DNA of 63,470 nt, the filler included, from Squatina squatina (Eukaryota), in the NCBI GenBank assembly GCA_031763465.1. It is 4 parts of 4 records of this genome, joined end to end, with 100 filler letters (N's around TTAATTAATTAA, not from the genome) between each part and the next. Parts side by side here need not be neighbours in the genome. Positions count along the whole stretch, not along the records: positions 14,512 to 28,687 come from JARFOE010000192.1; positions 28,788 to 49,684 come from JARFOE010000016.1; 2 more parts are not named here. One strand, written 5' to 3'. The notes under the pieces are model-generated. The model saw only the letters and a program-made list of their open reading frames with translations, was not told the DNA's origin and did not search any database. The translations under genes and the position numbers were made by a program. Below are positions 24,468 through 38,800 of the stretch, piece by piece; positions within the stretch are counted from its first letter, which is position 1; each line of letters starts with the position of its first letter.

Positions 24468-26055
24468 GACCAGTTAGGCTCCCCAGGTTGTTCAACTATT
24501 TGGTAGGAAATGGTGAAATACAATGAATTATCTATCAGAAAAATGAAAAACAAATATGGAGATTATTAAAAGCAATTCCAAAAAGATGATCATAAATGAA
24601 ACTCTGTTTGGTCACAAGTCTTTTCATTTGTCTTCTAAAGATGCACGCCCAACGATTTACTAACTGGACAGTATTGATAATTATTAACCCAACGGAGATG
24701 ATACAACATCAATCCGAACAGGATTACGTTCCTTAACAACAACATCTTACCATCTAGAAAACCACTTCCATTCACGGAAGAGTTGTGTTATGGTCCATTA
24801 TTTTAAGTTAAAATCGTGCTCAGATCAAGTCTTTTGAGTTAAAATTTGAGCTTATGGTTATTTCATATCACATTTCCTCCCATCCCACTCTTTTTCAATC
24901 TATATANNNNNNNNNNNNNNNNNNNNNNNNNNNNNNNNNNNNNNNNNNNNNNNNNNNNNNNNNNNNNNNNNNNNNNNNNNNNNNNNNNNNNNNNNNNNNN
25001 NNNNNNCCAAATTTACTCCCAATCATATTTTACCAAAAATAAATCTGTGACATGGTTGTCATGAAGGTTCCACACTCACCGTGCTATATCCCCTCAAAAA
25101 ACTGACTAAGTATCTGAAAAAAAATTCAACTTAGCATTCCATCTTTCAATCACTCCAAAAACACTCCCTCCCCCATAATGCAGCTCTTGTTTAGACACAC
25201 TGTCAGACCTCATCAATAACCTCTACCCTCGTACAGCACCAGGCTTGCTAACATCCCTGTACTCTACAACCCAGCCCAGCTTATATCTGGCATGAGGAAT
25301 GCATATGCAACAGACCAGAAGGAATACCCTAGGACGACAAATGGTTTGGCTGCTCATTTGGCTCCTCACTGTGGCCTAAATACTCCTGTTCCTCATTCAG
25401 CCCCAAGTGTTCACTATCCTGCCTTCAGCCTCCACCTGCTACCAATCTCCCTCCCATCTGGGCAGATCTGGAAACGTTCCTCCCAATTCCCAAAAGGGCA
25501 GTCAGGGCAGAAAGGGAAACACTATAGTCTGTTAAAAAGTAGCTGTGTCCTGCTTCACCCAGATGGCAGTTCAAAATTACTTCAGAAAAGTTTTGGGGTA
25601 GTTTGATTTGTTCCCCTTTTTTCTTTTATTGGTAGAGTTTTCTGACTGCTTATACTTCATTCATTGTCCTCTTATTTTCTTAGCAGTTCCTCATTGGAAG
25701 TTATCCCCATGGAGAGAAAATCAGCAGCTAAATCAGTACAGGCACCTCCTAGTTGCTGGTTACCGAGTGGTACAGNNNNNNNNNNNNNNNNNNNNNNNNN
25801 NNNNNNNNNNNNNNNNNNNNNNNNNNNNNNNNNNNNNNNNNNNNNNNNNNNNNNNNNNNNNNNNNNNNNNNNNNNTAATATAGCACACATGCTGAACACA
25901 GAGGGAGCAATGTCTTCTGTGGAAAAGAGTAATGAAAATCCTATAGGAGCTGGAGATATTTTGATTGATGTGCTTCTAGCAGAAAATAAAATGGCCGCCA
26001 ATCTCTGTGTATTACCTCTTTGGTATATTTGCACTGTTCTTATGTGTGTGAAAGT

Positions 26056-26435
26056 TCCCTCAGTCGGTATAGGCACTATCTGGTATGGTCTTGAGCTGTG
26101 AAGTCTAGGAAGGCCCTTGGGCCTTTTTTTCCTGGTCTGTGCTGTTTGCTGACTTTAGCCAAGATTGCAGATGCGGAATCTACAATTGGCCTCAGTGGCC
26201 TTGGGCTAGAGAACAGAAAAAGAAGCCGTGGTTCTTGTTCCTGACCACTATTCATGACTCCTGCTGGAAGATTTATAGATGTGGACAGAATTGGGACTGG
26301 CTGTGATGGTCTCCACGGTCAAATAGCCTGCAACCGGACTATGCATATCTAACCTCGCACATGAAGAATGATCTTGGGCACGGCATTGTCACACTGTTCT
26401 TCAGCATGAATCCTTTCCTTCAAGAGAGAAGGGTC
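26056..26435 (+). mobile_element. tRNA-derived SINE S1
   Basis: tccctcagtcggta...ctggtctgtgctg...tacaattggcctcagt...gtcaaatagcctgc...catgaagaatg...cttcaagagagaag. Confidence 0.65.
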
Positions 26436-27402
26436 AAAAATTGAAAAAAAGAGTTAGACAGTGTTCAGAAGTCCAGCAATTCAAGGCACAGGTGTGTTCC
26501 TTAAGGCCTTATCCCAAATGAGCAGGAGTGACCTCATCATCCAGTGCGATATTCTGTTTCTTGTGTGGGCAGATGGTTCTGGAATGCTGTGCATACCATG
26601 GCCCCACTGGCTGATGATTTACACGGGATGTAAGATTATTTACTATTTGACTGGTATTAACATCTAACAATCAGTTGCTGAGATGATACTAAAAGTGCCC
26701 AGGGAATAACGTTTCTGTGCACAGAAGCACAACGTTCCTTCTAAGTTTAACAGTTTTCCATTTCACCGGTAAATGTTGGCATTCAGTCCCTGCCGAAATT
26801 AAGTCTGGCACACTGTGGCCCCTTTTAACTCCTGTGTCATTTGTAGAAGACTCATTAAAAGGATGTTTGCTTGCTTGTTGGATTTTTAAAAAAATCACAA
26901 TTGCACATTCTGTGTAACGTGAGAATCCAAGCTGGATGTTACATCTGCTACAAGTAATAACACGGTCTTGCAGAGTTCTTTTTTCCTGCATAAGCATAAA
27001 TGTATTGTATCAGTTGAGATTAAAGCCTGAAATGATGTAAGTAAATGGAGTTGCCTTCCAAGAACTGATACAGACCTCAGTAGCAGCTGCTAATTATCAT
27101 ATCTACAGTCTGTTGAATACAGATTACTATCCCCATTAAATACCTTTTTATTAAAGTTATTCTTGTGGTAGAAAGTGGAAATCTCTACATATGAGCTTTC
27201 CTAACAATGCATCTTATTATAAAATACAAATATTGAATGCTGTTTTGGGCATCATTGCAAAAATACTGCCAGAGGGTTACAACAAATTCGAGAGTCAGAG
27301 ATGCTATTGTATATTACAACTTGGGTCTGTCTTGAAAGCCTGAGAAAGAGCAGCATTGTTGCCACAAAATTTCAGTGATGACAAGTTTCACTGATGTCTC
27401 TC

Positions 27403-27712
27403 TCCCTCAATGGCTTGGTGAGTTTATCCGGTGAGTAGCTGAGTCAGAAGAGAGTAGGAAAGGCCCAGGTTTGATCTTTGGTCTGCACTGAGTTAAGCTG
27501 CTGTCTGCTGGGGCAGCATGAGGGAGTCTTGCTTCAGCAGTGGGAAATGGAACAGGGTTCCAATCCGAATCACTATCCAGCAACCCCCTGCAGGTATGTA
27601 GATATCAGTTGAAGACATCGTCGGACTCAGCTGTCGTGCACAAGTAGTCAGACAGCCTGCTAACAAAATATTGGCTCACCATAAGAAATGGCCACTTGGG
27701 TGAGGTACCAGA
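27403..27712 (+). mobile_element. tRNA-derived SINE S1
   Basis: ggcccaggtttgatctttggtctgcactgagtta...cactatccagcaaccccctgc...aatggccacttgggtgaggtaccaga. Confidence 0.6.
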
Positions 27713-28687
27713 GACAAATTCTCAGTAAGACATCAACATATTGCTTTGAAAAATTATAAATAGGCCTCCAAATGCACATCCACTATTGGCATGGCAATAT
27801 AAGAACTGCATTTTTGAAATTAAAAATGTAGCAGATTCAATAATTTCTGGCTTATCAAATTTGGTATACTTATGAATTAAGTGAATGGGGAAATTGTTAA
27901 AAAAAAATGTGACATCATAGGAGAACATAATATATACTGGCTATATAATACAGTAATTGATTGCAAATTATGTCTTGCTAATCTTTTAAATGTTCCTGTT
28001 CATAACTTTTTTCTGCACCTGGTCTCACCTCATGCCTATCCTGCAGTTCAGAGGGCAGATGGACCACTTGCCCTCAAGCCCTTGGTAATGCCCAAGTTAA
28101 TCAGTTACTTGTGTGCAGAGGTTCTTAGCCTCTGGTTCACAACCTGTGCCTTTTTGTTCTTAATGGAAGTGTTGGTACCCGACTGCACGATACCACAGCA
28201 CTGTCATTTCTTTGGTGTGACTGCCATATCATTGATGCCGAGCATGCTGGCAGTCAGCATCTGCATCATCCTTGAGGGCCCAAAAATTGATTTCTATATA
28301 TAAAATTAAAGGTGCGTAATATAAATAATACCCTGGAGTGATTGCAAGCCAGTAGTGTAGTCTGAAGGTTCAGATAATTCTTCAAAACAGCGAGCCCTTT
28401 GCTTGAACCATTTATGATACCCCCCTGCCTTGCAATCACTCACAGGTGTTCTCTGCATAATTTGCTCAGAAAGGTGCAGACAGGGTTCGTGGAAAAGCTC
28501 AAGTGTTTGGGGTTATTTATATTGAGCTTGCAAATGCATACGACCTACGACACTTAAGTAGGTGTTATTGTTTCTGGAGCAAGTAAATTTTAAAAAGTGC
28601 TTCTCATGCATAGCACCTGCAGATTGGGCAGCCCTCAACTATGACTCATGAGTACTACAGGACATCTTAAGCGTTCAAAATGTTTTT

Positions 28688-28787
28688 NNNNNNNNNNNNN
28701 NNNNNNNNNNNNNNNNNNNNNNNNNNNNNNNTTAATTAATTAANNNNNNNNNNNNNNNNNNNNNNNNNNNNNNNNNNNNNNNNNNNN
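28688..28787. other. Artificial scaffold-concatenation linker
   Basis: 44 N + TTAATTAATTAA (28732-28743) + 44 N. Confidence 0.95.
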
Positions 28788-29899
28788 CTCAGGGAGCGCC
28801 GGGTGATTATTTGTTTATTTATTTAGTAATTGGTGGATTGCTGGGGGAACTTTTCATTGAGTCGAAAAAACAAAAAGCCATTAACACATCTACTATCTGA
28901 TTCTGGGGGAGGGAGGAGGTGGGGGCGGGGTGGTGGTTAACCTCAACAGCTCCATAAAACAGGGCTCCGCCTCCTATTCACCCTTACTATTCCATATTTC
29001 TTCACTGATTTCACTGCATGAGTTTTTGGCAAAGCACTCTGACACTATCGCAGTAAAACACGCCTGCCGATGCTATAAAAGTTAAAGGGTTAATAAGGAA
29101 CTTGCATATACAAATTCCACTGGATCCAAATTTCACTTAATATATAAATATTGGAATTGATTTGCAAAGTAATCTAGCTTTCTGGTACATAGTTCCATCG
29201 CCCACTGCAGGATAGCACTGCTTCAATATCGGCTCTATAACCACAGCTTTACATGAAGTACCACTCACACCGTCACAGACCAGCCGACAGGACTGAAGTG
29301 AGTAAAGTATTGGCTGAAAGCAACGTTCGAGGGATGTTGTACACAAGCTAAGCTGACCATACTTTTGAAATAATGTCAGGGTGTGTAATCGACACTACTT
29401 TTCAGGCAAATAGGTATCGAACACCCCAGGGTAATATTACATATTTGGTGGACCTGTGCATTATATCTGCTAAATAATCCACATAAAAGTCAGTTGTAGC
29501 GAAATGCATTTATTCGCCCAATATTGAGCTCTGCTTGTATTTTCATTATCGGTCTCAAAATGTGGTTATGTTATTGACTTGAAACTTACCACACTCATTG
29601 ACCGGATGCGCTGTATTTGACATTTTAGAGTGAAATAGAAACTTCTTAACGGAAACCAGTCCATGGCTTCCATTTAACTTCAGGCTCCAACTTAAAAAAT
29701 TACGATAGAAACTAGGAGGATTTCATTGGTGCCTGAGCAAGTCTCCCTTTTAAAAGAGCATTACAATAAAAATACTCTGCTGGATATTTTATTCCGAGCA
29801 AGTTTATTATGAGCAGTGGTAAAAAGAACAACTGAAATATAAAACAGAGAATTTTGGAGGTTCACAGGAGGTCCAGCAACATCTCCAAGAGCCAACGTT

Positions 29900-30026
29900 T
29901 AGGTGTGGGTTTTCCGATCTGAGGAAGGCTGACACCTGAATAGTTAAGCTATTCTTCTCATTCAGATATGAGTGGACCTGCTGTGGAGTTCCTGCATTTT
30001 CTGTTTTTATCTCAGATTTCCAGCAC
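29900..30026 (+). mobile_element. Degenerate Penelope-like terminal repeat
   Basis: ctgaggaaggctgacacctgaatagttaa...cattttctgtttttatctcagatttccagca. Confidence 0.5.
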
Positions 30027-30242
30027 TGCCCTTTCAATATTTTTTTAATCATTATTGGCAATAAACTCGTTACACGAGTAAAATATCTAGCATGTCTTAG
30101 TAATGAGAATTTTTTTATTAATTTCCCATAACCTCTGCAGTAGCTTTAATTAATAAAAAATCATGTTGCTAATACTGTAATCAATATAAATGCCGATGAC
30201 AAAAAATGATTGTATTAATTTAAGACTATTATTTCTCTGTAG

Positions 30243-30440
<198 letters not shown>

Positions 30441-30680
30441 GTGAAAGCAACGTCGTTTACCCTGAACCCTATACTGTCAAAAGAGGGTTGATAACTTTTT
30501 GTTTCCCCAACAGCGCAAGTGTCCCGGAGCTGGGCAGCAAACTTATATTAAAAGGGACAGTATCCCATTTGGTAGCCTGCNNNNNNNNNNNNNNNNNNNN
30601 NNNNNNNNNNNNNNNNNNNNNNNNNNNNNNNNNNNNNNNNNNNNNNNNNNNNNNNNNNNNNNNNNNNNNNNNNNNNNNNN

Positions 30681-30745
30681 TCAAAGAGCTGGCACAGGTA
30701 CGAAGGGCCGAATGGCCCCCTTCTGTGCTGTAAGTTTCTAGGATT
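30681..30745 (+). mobile_element. CR1-type LINE 3' tail
   Basis: tcaaagagctggcacagg...gggccgaatggccccttctgtgctgtaa. Confidence 0.65.
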
Positions 30746-32499
30746 CGAATCGTGTGGTTTCTATAATGGACGGCTGTTCCACAATGCTAATTTTACATCC
30801 GGGCAGCAAGTTGAAAATCTACCCCATTGTCTGCCCGAATGAATTCAGAAGCACATGTTGCTGTTCCTGACTGTAGAATGTTACCAGATCAATTATCATT
30901 TTAGATTGTGACAAGTGTGGAATCTAAATCCTGTGAACAGTTGTGCCCATAAAATAAAACCAAAGTTACTGCTGTAAAATCCTGACTACATTAGATGTGT
31001 TTCATGCACTAAACCTAAAAATTGCCTTGGATGTGGCAGACAGCATGTTAATGGCCACTTCAACAGCCTTGCACGAATGAGCTAAAATAAAGTTTAATAT
31101 GTTTACGGCTTAAATGGATGTTTGCATGGTGGATGCTCTGCAAATAAAAAAGGAAGGGCTAATGTCTTTCTTTCAGTCATGGCTGATAGATGACTGTTCA
31201 CAGAAGGACTACTGACAGGTAGTCGGAGATATTCTGTAGCACCATGCATTATTTATAATTCCTCCAGTTTTCAGTACTTTTTGTGCTACATGGAGCTTTT
31301 CTTAACTAAGTGCCCTAATGGTGCATCTTATCAAAAGCAAGAAGAATGCTGAGATATCTTTAATGCACTTTCTACTGATTACTTTATGTAAAGGACCCAT
31401 TTTTATTTTCTATTAGCTGTTAGTTGATGTTTTTACTGATACTTCAAAAAAAATCTGCCTTGAATTAAATTTATGTTTTCAAAGAGTCGGTATCAGCAAT
31501 GTGCTTAGAAATCTTTTTGTCTATTTTGAGTTAAATGATTTATAAAAAAAAAGATACATGAGCACTAGTGCAACTGTAGAATATCACAGATGGCACCATA
31601 ACATTATTATTCCGCAGGGATTACTTTCTGCCACACATGGTAATGTTTTAATTGTGCTGTGACTAGTAAGGCAGTTAATTCTACGTTTCCAGACATTTAA
31701 TACCATTACAAATGGGTTGTTACCCAAAAATAATTTTGCAACATGAAATTGATTACTTATACTTGAAACTCATAAGAACTACTTTTTGCATAAAGATGAG
31801 ACATCTATTATACAATAATTGTATGCATTCAGAAAAGCCCAGCACTGTAGGCTCGAGCTATGAAACTGATGGTCTTTGAAGGTGTTGCTGCTTGAAATAT
31901 AGTTTACAAATTTTGCACTGTAATTTATTAATGGTGCAATAATTCCAAATGTTATTAATGGAATCACATTATTTTTGAGTACTCCGATCCAATGATTTAA
32001 CATTTTCGATAGCTGAAAGGCTTCATTCAAGTCTTTACAATATTGATCCAATTCAGANNNNNNNNNNNNNNNNNNNNNNNNNNNNNNNNNNNNNNNNNNN
32101 NNNNNNNNNNNNNNNNNNNNNNNNNNNNNNNNNNNNNNNNNNNNNNNNNNNNNNNNNCGCGAGTAGCCTATAGCCCGGTAGCGCTCCCTGAAGCTGTAGC
32201 GGGTATCGCCTGCGGCAGCTTCAGAGACCACTGCCAAATTTTTGCTCCAAGGCGAAAACAGGCCACTGCGCACGGAGATGATGTCTGAGGCACAAACGCC
32301 CCAAATTTCTCCCCCTAGGAGTTTATTTCAGGAAAAAAATCTCCGTTCAGGTGCAAACTGGCTTCATATCTACTCTACAATCCGTTACTAGCATTAAACC
32401 AGCAACAAATCTGGCATGAAATGTTTGCATACATGTCTTTCACAGCACAGCTTCTTAATAAAGTCTTGTCCTTAATAGCTCATCCAATGTAAAGATGGT

Positions 32500-32880
32500 G
32501 TGTAACTCTGTTATACAGACTAGAAGGTCCAAGGTTCATGGTTCAATACCTAATTTATGCTCTCATAGCTCAACTGATCTTGGCAGAGGGTGCTGCAATT
32601 GCCCTGGAATCCCTGGGCTGGAGCGGGGTAATCAGCCAAGGTGCCTGCCTCATATTCTTATTTAGTGACTCCTTCTGGAAAGTTTATGTATGTGAACACC
32701 AAACGAGGATAGTATTTGGCTTAGTTGTGATGCTTCCATAATTAAATATGCTGTTAATAATGCCTAGGCTGAACTCATAAAGAATAGTCTCTTGGGCAAG
32801 GTACTGGAGGGTCGACCAGGATCAGTGCCTGTGGAGCCAAACCTCAACAGAGAGCCAACACCTTCAGGGCAGGAGGAGCA
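32500..32880 (+). mobile_element. tRNA-derived SINE S1
   Basis: tacagactagaaggtccaaggttc...gctgcaattgccctgg...ttgggcaaggtactggagg...ccttcagggcaggaggag. Confidence 0.6.
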
Positions 32881-35662
32881 AAAAATTTATAAATGCCTAA
32901 TTGCTAAGATGACACCATTATACCCAGACGTAGGAAAAGTTTGTTGGATAGAGTTTAAGCCTCTGTTGAGAGAAATTGAGTTTTGTTTATTAATACTGAG
33001 ATGGATAGAAATAGGTTGGTTTAACTTTGTGAACACCTACTGAGCATTATTGAAAATAATGAAACATTACAGGCCTAAGAGCTGACACTCATGTGCACTG
33101 CTGTGCTAACTCAGGTCTTTACAGGTAGTACCAGTATGCCTAAATTATTGATGCAATTTTTACTGTCATCTTTGTAAAGAGTATGGTTAGAACCACAGTA
33201 GGATTGATGTCAGTGTCCTGTAGAGAATGTGTGACTTATGTCAACTATGTTGACTATTCGTGCTTCAGATATAATGNNNNNNNNNNNNNNNNNNNNNNNN
33301 NNNNNNNNNNNNNNNNNNNNNNNNNNNNNNNNNNNNNNNNNNNNNNNNNNNNNNNNNNNNNNNNNNNNNNNNNNNNNNNNNNNNNNNNNNNNNNNNNNNN
33401 NNNNNNNNNNNNNNNNNNNNNNNNNNNNNNNNNNNNNNNNNNNNNNNNNNNNNNNNNNNNNNNNNNNNNNNNNNNNNNNNNTCTTGCTGCCTGTGTTTCC
33501 CCAGCCTTTTAATCAATGTTAGAACCCATCACAATGAAGTGTGCCGCAGGCTTCTTATTTCACTGTCGTATAAAAATAGCAAGAGATTTTTTGAAGATTA
33601 CTACTTTTGACGTCCTTTATCAGGCTGTAGCTAATTGCTTTGCTGAAATTAAGTGGCCCTGTGTGGGCTGAGATAGTAAAACTCCTTGCTACAGTATCTC
33701 AAGGCAGAATACTTCCTGGAGAGACTGTAAAAATTAAATTCTCAGTGGCACCTGTACAGTCTTTCAAGAGTCAGCTAATTTATGGTTACTGCCATAGTAA
33801 CTTCTGTCGACAAGGACTGCAAAGGGTCATGGCATCAAGGTTTAAAAGCCACTTAGTTCCTTTATAAATGCTTCAGGGAAAAATAAATGATGCCAAAGGC
33901 TGTGGACAACAATTAACAAGCATAATTGTTGGTACAAACTGAGACAGGCGTAGTTTTTAGCAATACAATGTACAGTAATCTCAACAATCTCAAGTTTCAT
34001 TACAATCTAACTTACTTTTAAACAAAGCATTCATGGACCGTACGAAAAGAATTTGCACTGAAATGAAGAATGACAGAAACCATGCATAAATAACTCACAG
34101 GGAGTCTCGCTTGTCTTATGTGCTTTGCTGTATTGTCAGTATAATGCATTAGCTTAGTTTGCTGAGTGCAGAGGTCATTTGGCAAGCTGTATGGATGCAA
34201 GGCTACAGTCTATAGTATTATTGATAAACTCAGCTTGCGGTTTCTATCAATGTGTTTAGACATCTGAATAGGGGTTCTGTATAACTGGCTTAGACATTGC
34301 AGAAAGTCGTGAGCTGCCTGACAACNNNNNNNNNNNNNNNNNNNNNNNNNNNNNNNNNNNNNNNNNNNNNNNNNNNNNNNNNNNNNNNNNNNNNNNNNNN
34401 NNNNNNNNNNNNNNNNNNNNNNNNNNNNNNNNNNNNNNNNNNNNNNNNNNNNNNNNNNNNNNNNNNNNNNNNNNNNNNNNNNNNNNNNNNNNNNNNNNNN
34501 NNNNNNNNNNNNNNNNNNNNNNNNNNNNNNNNNNNNNNNNNNNNNNNNNNNNNNNNNNNNNNNNNNNNNNNNNNNNNNNNNNNNNNNNNNNNNNNNNNNN
34601 NNNNNNNNNNNNNNNNNNNNNNNNNNNNNNNNNNNNNNNNNNNNNNNNNNNNNNNNNNNNNNNNNNNNNNNNNNNNNNNNNNNNNNNNNNNNNNNNNNNN
34701 NNNNNNNNNNNNNNNNNNNNNNNNNNNNNNNNNNNNNNNNNNNNNNNNNNNNNNNNNNNNNNNNNNNNNNNNNNNNNNNNNNNNNNNNNNNNNNNNNNNN
34801 NNNNNNNNNNNNNNNNNNCCTGTAGGTTTCAATCAACGACTTTTAGGGGGCAGGGAAAAATTTCATAGGTTTCTATCCTGTAAGTTTTACTACTGGCTAT
34901 TCATCCCCTTCAGGTTTTTAATGGATTAGGGAGAGACCATGATGGTGCATCAACTGTTGGAAGGAGCAATCCCAATGGACCAAATTACTTTTCTTTGTTT
35001 TACACTCTTCTATCAAACTGTTGGCTGGAAGTCTATCTCATAGCTAGACACAATATCTGCCTCTCCTCTCTTCCCCCCATCCCCCATCTCTTTGGTACAG
35101 ATATCATGTTCTTTCTGCTATAAATTAGAGATTTAAAAGATCTAATAGAAAAAGGCTTCCTGATGGTGACATTGACCATATGCATTAGCTCAGGACCAGA
35201 ATCCTTGGTGCTGACTGGTGACTGTATCAGTGGCAAACTCTCTGTTGCCATGACTGTGGGGATCATGGTACTGTTTCCACCCCTGGCCCGCGACCCCCAT
35301 TTCTAAAACTATAATGCACACAGATATCTGTCTTGTAGAGCTCATGAACTGAAACTCAAATTACCCTTGGGCCTGGGCAGTGCACTGACGGACTCCATAG
35401 TCATCTCTTAAGATTTCAGTGTAGATAAAGTTTCATCCAAGTAGATGAATAGTAAACTTTTTTCAAGGAGCTTGCATTTTTCAATTCTATCTACAACTGA
35501 TGGCTACAGATTTGAGATTTACATATCCTGAGTTCCTCAGCATTCTTTTTATTAAAAGTATTTTTTCTGACTGCTTTTCCCCCTTTCCTCCTCCCTCTTG
35601 AAGATGTTGACTCCTTGCAGGGATATAGTTTCACAGGAATGGTCATCGTCCANNNNNNNNNN

Positions 35663-35835
35663 AAGTTCAAGACTCATCAACACAGGTGCATGTACATCAG
35701 GGACCACTAGATAGCAACCAGGAGTGATGATGGTGCCCACTTTTCCTTTCCCCTAACCCAGGATTAATTAACTAGGGTCAATTGAAGCCCCCTTACCACC
35801 ATCCTGGCTGAGATCAGCTATTTACTGCCTTAACC
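35663..35835 (-). mobile_element. tRNA-derived SINE S1 fragment
   Basis: Reverse complement contains tagctgatctcagccagg...caattgaccc...gggttaggggaaag. Confidence 0.45.
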
Positions 35836-38800
35836 AGCTGAACGAAATATACTTTCTTTGTAACAAAGCATGCCCAAGAGGATTGCACCTTTTGAAACAA
35901 AAAGGTTGTAAAATCAACTGTGGACCAATGCTATGTTAAGGTTCCAAACGTGATACTTTTTATATACAGGAATTTCTGGCATTTCCCTGATAGAAATCAT
36001 TTGTGAATGCAAAAATGTAAAGCTTGATTGTAACCTATGGCGGTAAGCTCATCCCGACTGGCTGGCGTGAGGCCTAGGCCATTTTAAATCACAGGCCTCA
36101 TTTATATAGACCAGGCCCAACTCCTACCCGAAACCAGCGCCAATGANNNNNNNNNNNNNNNNNNNNNNNNNNNNNNNNNNNNNNNNNNNNNNNNNNNNNN
36201 NNNNNNNNNNNNNNNNNNNNNNNNNNNNNNNNNNNNNNNNNNNNNNNNNNNNNNNNNNNNNNNNNNNNNNNNNNNNNNNNNNNNNNNNNNNNNNNNNNNN
36301 NNNNNNNNNNNNNNNNNNNNNNNNNNNNNNNNNNNNNNNNNNNNNNNNNNNNNNNNNNNNNNNNNNNNNNNNNNNNNNNNNNNNNNNNNNNNNNNNNNNN
36401 NNNNNNNNNNNNNNNNNNNNNNNNNNNNNNNNNNNNNNNNNNNNNNNNNNNNNNNNNNNNNNNNNNNNNNNNNNNNNNNNNNNNNNNNNNNNNNNNNNNN
36501 NNNNNNNNNNNNNNNNNNNNNNNNNNNNNNNNNNNNNNNNNNNNNNNNNNNNNNNNNNNNNNNNNNNNNNNNNNNNNNNNNNNNNNNNNNNNNNNNNNNN
36601 NNNNNNNNNNNNNNNNNNNNNNNNNNNNNNNNNNNNNNNNNNNNNNNNNNNNNNNNNNNNNNNNNNNNNNNNNNNNNNNNNNNNNNNNNNNNNNNNNNNC
36701 TGCCTCGTAAGCTGCTATTTAAATGTGTTTTTCTGTAAAGTCAGCATTATTTTACACCAATATGTTTCACTGAAAGAATTTGATAAAATAATTCTGTATT
36801 GAGGTTTTTTTTTTGTTTTCTGACACTAATTCAGTGAAATGCTTAAGAGCAAAACATTTCTGATATCTCATCCTTCAACTGTAGATTGATAGAACAGTTG
36901 TGACTGCTATTTTATTTTATTTTTTGGCCATTTGGCAAGGATTTTTTTTTAACATAAAAAAAATCCACTGCATTGTACAATTAAATCAGTATAGCCAGTA
37001 AGTGATTAAAGTGATAAATAATTTAGCTCAAGTTCTGTTGTGAAAGCAGCCACTGTAACCTTTTTGCAGCACATTTAGGCATCACTTCCAATGATGTTAT
37101 ATCTCAATCATTCTGCTCACTTAGAGAATAGAGAAATGTGTGCGTCTTTAGGGACCAGGCAGCAGATAAGGCACAGTTTATTGAGGGAGGCCACAAGAAT
37201 TTCTATCACAAGGCTATAAGTAAATGAAGACCTATTGTATTGGTCATGTAAAACCGTGTAATTTGTTTTGTGCATTAGCTTTTNNNNNNNNNNNNNNNNN
37301 NNNNNNNNNNNNNNNNNNNNNNNNNNNNNNNNNNNNNNNNNNNNNNNNNNNNNNNNNNNNNNNNNNNNNNNNNNNNNNNNNNNAGCCTGTGGCAAATGAA
37401 GGGGTCATGGGGCGTATCGATGATGACTAACTGGTGCTACATCCTGCCTGGCATCATCTTGTTCTGAGACCATCTCTCCATGCTGCAAAAGGACGGATCC
37501 GCTCCAACATTAATGATGGCCCCCATGGACAAATAGCCCGATTGTTGTAAGTTTCAATTGATGAGCCAAATGCAAACAAAAATCTTTATAATGGCCGTTC
37601 CAAGTCCAACACAATGAATCCAAGGCATTATCAGGTTTCAAACGGGGTTTTGTGCAATAAGAATGGTGGAGCCTCATAGACATTAAAAATGTGGGAAAAA
37701 TAATGTCCATTCCGGGTGTCACCACCCAAAAAAACAGGCACGGTCATCGCCACTTTAACACCATGAAAATAGAGACCAATTCAGCGTCGGGTGGACATTT
37801 TGGGCGCTGCGCTCTCTGATGACATCAGCTAGTCCACTGTATGCCCAGCGCCGCATTTCCAGCACTCCCGCATTAGTGCCCATTTATCGCCAGCGTTAAC
37901 CAATTTTGTGTCTTAGTGATTAGTGCCAAAAATGGGCATTAGCCCCTGATGCCTGGTCTGCGCCCATTTAGCGTTAGTGCTGAGGGACCAATTGGGTGAC
38001 TTCTGTGTTCCTGAGGACCCAGCATGCTTTATCTCATTTTTTCATGCTATATCGCAGCACCAAACTGCCCCCTCGCATTCTCTGTAGTTCATAAGCAGTT
38101 CTGACCTGCTTTCTCCCATTCTGTTTTGTTCATTCGCCGGCTTGGCCTGCTGCCTCCCACTCTCGATAGTTGGTGAGCAGCCCTGGCTTGCTCTTTTCCG
38201 TTCGCTTTTGTTCATAAGCAGCTTTGGCTTGCTCGCCAGCCTCCGATAGCTGCTGGCCTCTTTCTCTCCATTTGGCAATGTGAATGCTGGACAATTAGAA
38301 AAAGGGTTGCATCAACAAACTAGAGAGGGATGTTAAAACTAAAGAGCAAGGACAGGGGAGCGGGAAAAGGGAAATTGGAAAGTACAGGCAAAAGAAAGGA
38401 AGGGCAAATGAGGAAGAGAAATATGAAAATGCCCAAGGAAAGCCAGTAGTGTGGATCGAGAAAGAAACAAGAGTTTTTAAAATTAAGATTAAAAGGAAAA
38501 GTGGTGAATATCAACACACTTAAATAAAATGTTCCATCATTTTCTCTTATTTCAATGTGTTGTTATTTAATGAAATGGAGAATTCACTCGTGAAGTTGGT
38601 CTGCACTGACAGCCTGGCACTGTCAGTCGCAAGTTGTGAGGGACACCAAGCTGCCTGTGAAGTGATATTGGAATCTATTGGTGGTGGACTGTTTGAGAGG
38701 AGCAGCTGTGAGAGGAAGGTTGAAGACTGGCCTGCTGCTAGTTCCACATTGCAGCTAACAGCTGTGTGGCTGCTTAGTCAAAAGGGGAACAAAGAAAGTT

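Noticed and set aside
37420-37467. ATGATGA...CTGA, C/D-box snoRNA-like
   Set aside because: Only 48 nt, no terminal stem, no evident host intron or guide sequence.
38042-38278. ORF with repeated KLLMN/ELLMN from a duplicated gttcataagcag motif
   Set aside because: Short internal repetition next to a GC-rich repeat, no splice or homology support.
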